Source: an uncultured Bacilli bacterium (GTDB lineage Bacteria; Bacillota_I; Bacilli_A; RF39; UBA660). From it: a stretch of 64,000 nt of DNA. Each line of letters opens with the position of its first letter. Position 1 is the first letter of the stretch. The stretch is taken from NCBI GenBank assembly GCA_947588685.1, contig CANPYM010000001.1, forward strand, positions 479 through 64,478, given 5' to 3'. The position numbers and the translations under genes are program-made. The notes below the pieces were generated by a model, which was not told where the DNA came from, ran no database searches, and saw only the letters and a list, made by a program, of their open reading frames with translations. Shown in pieces: positions 47,067-56,400 of the stretch.

Positions 47067-47462
47067 TTAAGTTCCAAAGCCAATAGCTATCCATTCAATT
47101 GTTGTGGCAGTAGTATTTGTTCTTGTTACAACCAATGACATATAATCAATTGTTTTTGAAGAAACTCCAACCCCAGTAACTTTGGTTCCAGGAACCGTAG
47201 ATAACGGAGTCACCACAGCTGCTGGAGGAGATTTAAAAGCTTTAGGAAAATTAACTTGCTTTAAAGTTGGAGTATTTGCTTCAGTAGGTGTTATACTAGT
47301 TTCACCCCAGCAAACAAGAAAAATCCAAAATTGAAAATATTTGTTATTTTCATCATAAGATATAGTTAAATTATCTAAAATATCACTTAACAATTTACCT
47401 TTATGAATAATTGAATCACTTAATAGCTTAAGCTTTTTGAGCCTTGCCGTTTTCCAAATCAT
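47067..47462 (-). CDS. fibre-tip cassette 1: shared N-terminal adaptor + H-type-lectin-like head (suspected)
   Basis: 131 aa. ATG at 47462 lies 9 nt after an AAGGGGG SD. N-terminal ARLKKLKLLSDSIIHKGKLLSDIL. C-terminal VNFPKAFKSPPAAVVTPLS...IEWIAIG fits the H-type lectin domain pattern. Confidence 0.65.
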   Translation of the reverse strand: MIWKTARLKKLKLLSDSIIHKGKLLSDILDNLTISYDENNKYFQFWIFLVCWGETSITPTEANTPTLKQVNFPKAFKSPPAAVVTPLSTVPGTKVTGVGVSSKTIDYMSLVVTRTNTTATTIEWIAIGFGT

Positions 47463-47648
<186 letters not shown>

Positions 47649-47658
47649 TATTTCACCT

Positions 47659-49404
47659 CTATTTTTCATCATCCCACTCACCGACATCTTCAAACAAATC
47701 TATTTCCGGGAATATATTGTTGCCATTATGATCTATCAATTGAACTGTTCCTTTATCTTTATCTTTCAAAATATACGCTGGAACTAATTCATCATTAATA
47801 CATAGCATTCCAATAAAATTAGCATATCCATCAGTTAAAGCCATCATATATTGTGATCTCGTTTCACTACCTGACAAGCTATCACTCTTTAAAGCTAAAT
47901 CAGTAACTACAAACTCAACTGTAATTTCACTATCTTCTGGCAATTCTATATCTAATTTTCCATCAAAAACAAATGAATTTCCTTCTGTAGAACACGAAAC
48001 ATTTTTATAATCGCTATATTCACCACCATTTAACTTATAATGGTATTTCATACTTAATACATTGTTTTTAATGCCAAAATTGTCATTCCAAAAGGATCCA
48101 CTACATTTTAAATTAACCTCTTTAGATGTTGCTTCTGTTCTTTCTACAATTACAGTAGTTATAACAGGTACTTTATAACTCAAATATTTATAATCACTAT
48201 CGTCGTTAATTGACAATTTTTTAGTTTGAACTTCTGTACATGCCCCTCTTGTATCCCTCAAAAGAAATCCAAAATTGACTATATCCTCATTTATAGAATT
48301 ATATAATTTGTTATCAGCCTTTTCAATTAATCGTACATTATTAAGTTCATATAGATATTCATAAACTTGTGCATCATCAAATAAATTAACATTATAAAAA
48401 GAAGCCTTTATTTGGGAGACATTTCTTATAAAAACATCAGCAGAACCAGTTAATTCTTTTGATAGATTATCAGCTACTTCTAATTTTGAATCAAAAGTTA
48501 TAGATGATTTTGTCCTAGAACAATACCAATCATAAGTTTTAGAATCAGTACCTAAAAGTGTACCGTTCGCATCATAAGTAGATAACTTATAAGTTATTGG
48601 TATTTTACCTTGAATATCTTTTGAAATGTCATAAAACTCAATTTCTTTGGATAACATCTCTTCAAGAGTTAATGGAAAGTCTAAATTAACATATTCACTT
48701 ATACTAGGTTTCGTTTTATCAAAAACAACATTAATTCCTTTGTTAATAGAAAAATTATCAGCTATTATTCCACTTAATAATTTTCCAGATTTATCAGAAA
48801 AAGAATACTCTAATTTATGTTTAAAGGTCGTTGTTGCACACGTTATTTCTAAAGTTTCATACGATGGATAAGCATTGTTAGATATATTGACTAAATTTCC
48901 ACTATTAATCACACTAGCTCGAGGAATCTTAGTTAAAGCCGTATTAGAGGTTTGAACAGTAGCTGACTCCGGAACATATGAGGCACTTGTATTTTTGGTC
49001 CACATTACCTTTGCATAGCCACTTAAAGTTCCGTCATCTTTATGGATTACAGTAACTTCTTTAGTTAAAGAAGAAGATGCCCCAGTATTTAAGCTTTTAA
49101 CTGTCTTTGTTCCTAAAAGTTTGTCGCTATTGGTATTATCATCATGCCAATAGATTTTTAGCGTTGGAGCATACGTTGAATAAGACCCTGTTCCGGATTT
49201 TATCGTTCCTGTTACACTAATTGTAGATGTATTATTTGGAATTGATGTACTCTTTTCATTAAAAGAAACTGATAAATTGAAAGTTCCCAAACCTCTAATG
49301 GTTTTGCTTGCTGAATTAGATGCAGCCATTAAAACATAACCATCTATTTTAGATAATCTCTCAGCATTGATAAAACTTGTTTTTATATTATTCAAGAGTA
49401 TCAT
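47659..49404 (-). CDS. tail fibre/receptor-binding structural protein (581 aa)
   Basis: Beta-rich and S/T/N-rich, in the position of distal tail genes. The N-terminal third resembles DUF859-type phage structural proteins (HxDDG-like loop: IHKDDGTLSG). The start may be the TTG at 49395 (GGAGGA 9 nt upstream). Confidence 0.65.
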   Translation of the reverse strand: MILLNNIKTSFINAERLSKIDGYVLMAASNSASKTIRGLGTFNLSVSFNEKSTSIPNNTSTISVTGTIKSGTGSYSTYAPTLKIYWHDDNTNSDKLLGTKTVKSLNTGASSSLTKEVTVIHKDDGTLSGYAKVMWTKNTSASYVPESATVQTSNTALTKIPRASVINSGNLVNISNNAYPSYETLEITCATTTFKHKLEYSFSDKSGKLLSGIIADNFSINKGINVVFDKTKPSISEYVNLDFPLTLEEMLSKEIEFYDISKDIQGKIPITYKLSTYDANGTLLGTDSKTYDWYCSRTKSSITFDSKLEVADNLSKELTGSADVFIRNVSQIKASFYNVNLFDDAQVYEYLYELNNVRLIEKADNKLYNSINEDIVNFGFLLRDTRGACTEVQTKKLSINDDSDYKYLSYKVPVITTVIVERTEATSKEVNLKCSGSFWNDNFGIKNNVLSMKYHYKLNGGEYSDYKNVSCSTEGNSFVFDGKLDIELPEDSEITVEFVVTDLALKSDSLSGSETRSQYMMALTDGYANFIGMLCINDELVPAYILKDKDKGTVQLIDHNGNNIFPEIDLFEDVGEWDDEK

Positions 49405-50440
49405 CCTCCAAATCTTCTAGTTTTTGAATTAACTGTTTTAAATTAAAGAAGCCAACACCATCTTTTTCCCCTTCAAAATGTTTTGATGTCATTTTTATTG
49501 GTTTCATTTTTAAACTTTGAAGCTGAATACTTTCTACAGCAATTAATTTATCAACACCTGTTCCATTATGATTAAAGATTGATTGAAGCTTCTGTCTATT
49601 GTAGATTTTGACTCCTCGATTATTCATTCTTAAACTAACCAAATCGGTAGAATCAACAATTGTGAACTCCCGGGTACCAAAGGTATATGTCATATTTCGG
49701 ACGCTTTCAATTGTAGATTGTTGCAATTCGTCTATTCTTTTGATTGTTTCTTCAAAATTAAGTTTAAATTGATCAACACCTTCAACAATTGATAAAACTT
49801 GACCTTTTAAAACTTCTAATTGATCACCAACCTTTTGGGCTAAAGAATCATCTGTATAACTTAAAGCATCGATAAAATCTCCGTCTTCATATTCTTCATC
49901 AACTGTTTTTGATATTTGACATGCATACAATAGTCCGTCATTAATCCACAAATCACCATTGTCATATGGTGGATATGGTTCTTCTAAAAAAACACGTCTC
50001 TTATTATCAGCTGCATCTTTAGCAGCATTAGCAGTTGATAAAGCATCCTTTAAGTCTTTATCTTTTATTTCCAGCCATTCATAAATATTATTTTCTTTAT
50101 TAAAAGTAAAGGTATAACAATATCCTGTTTCCCGATCATAAAAGAGATCTCCAATATGAGATCTCTTTTCTTCATCGGTATTCCAATTAACCGAAGGTTC
50201 AGTTGTTAAACTTGGCTTATAATTATAATACCAAATATCAACCTTTTCATTTATATCTGCTTCAAACTCTTTTAAAGTACTTAAAGTTGATTTTATAAAA
50301 TTATTTAAATCAGCTTTAGTATCATTGATAGCTGCAACATTTCCTTTTATTTCATTAAGAAGTTTTTCTAATTTGTATTTTCGTTCCAGGTCTTGAGCCG
50401 TTCTGACTCCAGGTATATCTTGTCGTTGCAATTTTACCAC
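49388..50440 (-). CDS. tail fibre/structural protein (350 aa)
   Basis: N-terminal coiled coil, then repeated W...GDL(F/W) motifs (HIGDLFYD, NGDLWIND) common in phage fibre shafts. The likely start is the TTG at 50431 (GAGGTGG 6 nt upstream). Confidence 0.65.
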   Translation of the reverse strand: MVKLQRQDIPGVRTAQDLERKYKLEKLLNEIKGNVAAINDTKADLNNFIKSTLSTLKEFEADINEKVDIWYYNYKPSLTTEPSVNWNTDEEKRSHIGDLFYDRETGYCYTFTFNKENNIYEWLEIKDKDLKDALSTANAAKDAADNKRRVFLEEPYPPYDNGDLWINDGLLYACQISKTVDEEYEDGDFIDALSYTDDSLAQKVGDQLEVLKGQVLSIVEGVDQFKLNFEETIKRIDELQQSTIESVRNMTYTFGTREFTIVDSTDLVSLRMNNRGVKIYNRQKLQSIFNHNGTGVDKLIAVESIQLQSLKMKPIKMTSKHFEGEKDGVGFFNLKQLIQKLEDLEDDTLE

Positions 50441-53400
50441 CTCACAGTTCCATTAGAGCTAACTTTCATACCTAATTCTTCAAGAATAGTTTTGATATCA
50501 TCATATGGCAAATTTTTATTATTTAAATAATTAACTATTTCAGAATTATATGTGTCATCGCTTGGATATTCCATCTTATAAAGCATTATTTTTTGTTCAT
50601 AAGTTAAATCCAAACCATTTATATAATTAATTATTTTATTTTTTCTAGATCCATTAATGGTTTTGCCATTCGCATATTTATCAGATTTGATATTATTTAA
50701 GTTGTTAGTATATTCTCTATATAAAACAGTATCTTCGGTAACCAATTTAGACATTTGGTATTGCTTTTGGTTATTATATGCCCAATCATAAGCACTTTTA
50801 CTATCCTCGGAAGAAGAATAATCTTTATAAGAAATATTATTCTTCGTTAAAAAATCATATTTTTCTGTATTTTTATTATAAAAATCAAATTCTTCATAAT
50901 TAGCAAATTGTTCATAATTATCTAATTCAATTCGATCACTAACTTTTTTCATGGTTTTTAATTTTGATGCATCAACCACATTATATTTTGAATCATAAAG
51001 AATCTTTCTGTTTTCATCATAATAATATGTTTTATTGACTTGCTTACCTTTTGAGTTAAGCTCTTTATTAATATATTTTGTATATCCATATTGATCCGTA
51101 TTGTTTTTAGATGTAACATTATTAAACATAATTTCTTTTTTATCTGTAGGAAGATTCAAACTTGTTATATAATCAAAAGCTTGCTCTAAAGAATTAGCCT
51201 TTTTTAAATAATTAATTGGAATATTAATTTCGTTATAATTGTTATCATAAACAATTGAATTAGATTTGTCATACCAATAAACATTTCCATCAAAATCAGT
51301 ATATTTTTCATAATTATTCTCATCTTTAGTAGCTTTAGCTTTCTTTAACTCATCCTGATAATCCCAATACTCTTGAATTGGTAAACCTAGTTCTTTATAT
51401 TCAGCTGTTTGTTTATCGTTTAGTGGAGCACGACCTTGATCAAAATAATCTCTAGCATTGCTACTTGCATACTGACCAAATAGAGCTGCTTGAACACGGT
51501 TTTGAGGAATATCTTCCACTGGGAACCTTAATTTTCCACCATCAGTGTAAGATCCTTTTACTGGAAGATCTTCATCAAACATTCCTAATCCTTTTTTTAT
51601 TTTGTTAAGCTGATTGTATCCGGATGGCATTATATAATATGGCAAAGCTTCTTTTAAAATATCTAAACGACTCTCTTCATTTCCGTATTGATCTTTGCCT
51701 TGGACCAACTCTACTATTGGAAGCGCCTCGCTAATAGGTATACGGCCACCACCAGTTAAGATACTTGCAAAAGGCAGTTGATCAATTAAATCACCCATAG
51801 CTTCTTCAGCACGTTCTGTCATACTTTTATCCTTGTCATCATCATCTGGCCAAAAAATCTTTTTTAACATTTCAATTGGATTAAACATTACAGATGATCC
51901 AGTCAATTTTTTAAAAAATTCATCAAAGAAAAATGAAGCAGCTACTAATTGACCTAATTGGAATATGACAGATTTAGCTGTTCTATTTCCACTTTGAATA
52001 TCCATTTTATAATCATGGATTAAAGCTTGCCATTGATTATTTACCTCTAATTGAAATTGAGAAAAAACACCTAAAGTTTTGGAATTAAAGATAGCAGCTG
52101 TTGCACCTTTAGTTCTATCACCCATAATCCTTGAGGCAAAGTCATCTGCTTGTTTTATTGCAACATCTTCGGATAAATTATCACCTAATAATTCATAATA
52201 TTTGCTTCGCCAGATCACATTTGATGTAAAAGTATCGGTAGCTGTCATGAAACATTGACCTGCACTTGATATCTTTTGCCATGTCTTTTTTGATATAGTA
52301 TCGCTTCCGGCTCTTGATGTTAAAAAGACTGATTTATCAGCCAAATTATCTTGATGAACAATGTTTTTTAATTCTGATATTGTTCCTTGAATAACAGCTA
52401 ACTTCTTAACCTTTGGCATCGCTTGAACTACAGAAACAAAGTTTGTTAAAGCACTTCTAACATTAAAACCAACCATATTGCTTCCAACTTGAGATTTTAT
52501 AGCGTTAAGACAATTGTAAACTCTTCGTCCAGCAGCTTCTTCAAGACCACGATCAATCTTACCTTTTTTGCCAGCAAGAGCATTAGCTTGTTCATCTAAC
52601 CATGCTGCATATCTACTTAATTTATGATTTTTCATATCCTGGATTCGCTGTTCTTGTTCATAATCATTTAGCTGATATGCATTATCCATTCCATGCTGTT
52701 CGCCGAATGTGTCACGGACTAATTTAGCTAAAGTCCTATATCTTTGAATATCTTCTGTATGGAAAATTAAATTAGATGAACTTTGAATATATCCATCGAT
52801 TCCGGTTATTGCGTCATAAGTTGTATTAATTCCTTTTCTGGCAACAGCACTTGCAAAAAAACTTTTTCCAGGTTTAAATTGATCTGTTATTCCATTTATA
52901 TCAGTAGGTAACAAATCATCGTTTAAGTTTTGTCTACTAAAAGGAACACCAAAGCGGCTAAATATATCATTTAATTCGTTAAAGTGTCTCATATAGTCTT
53001 TTCTTTTAGGAATAGCATCATATCCCATATCAACTAAAACTTCATTAATGTCATCTATATATGTGTCATATTTAGATCTTATAACTCTTGCTGCATTCTT
53101 AATTTTATCTTGAGTTTTTATATCTGGAAATTCTCGAGCTAATTCTTTATCACCATAATTTATATATTCGCCAAAGTCATTGACATACTTCTTTTCACCA
53201 TACTTTTGGACAGCAGCCGATTCTTTACTTCTAGCTTTAATACCTAAATCCATAATCTCGGCACGTTCTCTATTTTGCCATCTAATTGATTCAGCCTCAT
53301 TATATTTTGTCCTATTAATAGTAGCGTCATTTATCTTTTGACCAATCTCATAGCCAAAGACTTTTTCATTTAATCTAATTGGATCTGTTATAAATGAATT

Positions 53401-56400
53401 AACTGCTGAAATATCGTCGCCTTTTGAAATATCTTCCACAGTTAATCCCATCTTTTCCAATAATTCTTCTCTAATGACTTCCCTTGTTCTTTTTTCGGCC
53501 TTTTGATCTAATTCGTTTTGAAGTTTTCTAATTTCTACTTCATTTAACGAATTTTTTTGAATAAGATTAAAAACTTTATCTCGTGCTTGCCTTAATTCAT
53601 AATTTGATAATCTAAACTTATGTGTAACAGTATCATTACTATTCATAAAGTCACCTAATGCATATAATTGATCTACTTCATTAATAATATTTTTATTAAA
53701 TAAATAAGGATATTCTTCGCTCAATTCCTGCCACAATGAATCTATTGATAAACCTTCATTACCTAGCTTTAATTTACCAAAATTAGACTTTCTAAACTCA
53801 TTATAATCAGTTATTTGATTTTTTAAATTGTCATCAACTTTAATTTTAGAAGCCTTTATTTCTTTTTTAATTGCCAATGTTTGAGAATCAACAAAGTCAA
53901 TCTCTCGATTGGCATATTTATCTACAATTTTCTCGATTTCTCGGTATGTATCTACATTTACTAATTGTTCGGCCGTCTTACCCATAAAGCGTCTCAAATC
54001 GTCTCTAAATGACTTTTTTTCAGCATTAGAAAAGCCAACATATTCGTTGGCAGCTTTAGTGGCAGCATTTATACCTTTATAAGTTCCTTGAGCAATTGCC
54101 CTTTTAATCTTTTCTTCTACCTTTTTGCGACGCTTTTCTAATGGCGAATAATAATTTGTATATTTTTCATTATTATTCTCATTAGAATTAGATTTATTAT
54201 TATCTTTTGCTACGTATTCTAGTAATTCCTCTATTTCAGTATTTCCTTCTTGAACTTTGACATCATCGCCAAAAACATTAAAATTACCTACGGGTGCAAT
54301 ATCATCATTGTTATTTGATAAAGAATAATTAATATTTTCATCTGATGAAAGATCTATATTTTCTTCTAATATTGGTAAGATATTATCTTTCCAATTAGCA
54401 TAATCTTTATCGCTGAAGATATGATTATATGACTCATTGTATGTCATATCAAAATCGTCAACATATCCATTATCATGATTGGCTATTCTAAACTCAGTAT
54501 TACCTTCAGCATCTTTGATATAAATACTAGGAACATATCCAGCCTCTTTACTTTTGCTAATTTCATAATTGATATTATGTTTATCTAAATAATTTAACAG
54601 TTCATTATATCCCTTTACAGCTAATTCTTGCCGATCAAAAAAGGTTTTATCTTGACCTTCATCATATCTTGGAGATATTCCTTCCTTTTCTAATATTTCA
54701 TTTATTTGACTATATACATCATCATAAACTTGTTGATTATGAGTCTCCACTTCTTCTTCAGTCATATTTATTTCATCTAAATCAACATCGGATAAATCAA
54801 TATAATTTTCTTCTGAATATGGTGAATATGCAATAATGTCATCTATTTCTTGATAAGTTATTTGATCAACATCCATATCTCTAATTAAACGATTAGTTTC
54901 AATTTCAATATAGTCTTTTTGTTTTTTGCTATTTAAATCTTCATATCTTTTTGTTTCTGAACCAAAATTTGATAAAGAAAGAGATGTATTATCTACATCT
55001 CTTGACAGATTTTTCTTACTTGATTGAATAAAGCTTTTTTCTGAAATGTTTTTGGATTGATAGTCTTCAAGTATTGAATCAATGTATTCTGTCCACGATT
55101 GTTCCCCTTCAACTGAAGCATTATTCCAATTATCGAATTCATATCTAAATTCAGTTCTTTCAATATTCGTATTAATGTTCGTTCTAAAGGCGTCAACATT
55201 TTTTCCCTCCTCAATTATATTTTTTATAAAGTCCTCGTTCCCTAATATTGGGATTTTAGATAAAATTTGATAATTATTATCAGCTGTTTTTAAAACCTCA
55301 TAGTAATTATTGTAATCATTTAAAAACAAATTTTCATCTACACCAATTTTAGCTTTACTTATCATCTGATTAAATAAGACAGAGGATTTATACTCATCTA
55401 AATTTCTATCTTTATTATACTCTATACCAGTGGTATTTACAACTTTAGCATATTGTCCTTGTGTTGGATCTATCCATGCTACATCATTAATTGATACTTC
55501 TTTTGAGTAAACTTTACCATTCCCTGCGTAACTTTCTGCCTCCATTCTAGATGGTGAAACAAATATACCTTGTTCTATTGGGTAAGATGAATATACTATT
55601 ATTAATCCATTTTCAATGGCTTTCTCTATATCTTTCTTTGTTAAATCAGGATCATAAGCGTCATAATCAGCCCAATCGTCATCTTCAATAGTTTCTTGAA
55701 GTGTTTTTATATCTTCAATATTCCTAATCCAAGTAACTGTTTCATTTCCTGCTGGATTATTTTTTAATATGATGTCAAGCTGTTTTTCCTTTAAAGTATT
55801 AGAAGGAAAAGAACTATCATCTAATTTTTGATTGTTTAGTGAATACTTTATATTATCTTGCATATTACTATTATTGGATAATGTACTAGATTTGACATTA
55901 TTGTTAGATTGTGATATATTATCTTCTACAGAGGAACCATGGGTTGATTCGTCAACCATAATAGATAAGCTATTTTTATCTATCGTGGCTCCTCTTTTTT
56001 CGTTAATATTATCAATATCATACGCATAATTACCATCTGATTCTTTTCTAACAACCATTCTTCCTTCAAATACGCTATAATCTTCTATCAAACCATTATT
56101 GTTTTTTAATGGGTATGCAAGTAACACATTATAATAGTCGAAACCTTTTCTTCCTCTATGCGTATTTTTATAATTTGATTTTCCAGATTTTAAAGGATCT
56201 ATTTTAGCTAGTTCTAAAATTTCTCCATAATTTCCTGAAATTCTATATTTTAAACGTCTTGATTTGTAATTGTTATAACCATCATACATAAACTTTTTTA
56301 TATCATTGTTTGTAACTTGTAAATAATCATTACTTGACATATTTTTTACTTTTTGTCCTATTAATTTTGTTAAAACTAATTTCACATCTTTTTTTGATGG

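Noticed and set aside
54993-55214. 73-aa minus-strand ORF nested in another frame of the giant gene; also plus-strand ORFs at 55082-55270, 55832-56029, 56879-57160, 57266-57649 and 58094-58282
   Set aside because: These are shadow ORFs inside a 8.3-kb coding region of biased AT-rich composition. They have no SD and their composition is low-complexity.
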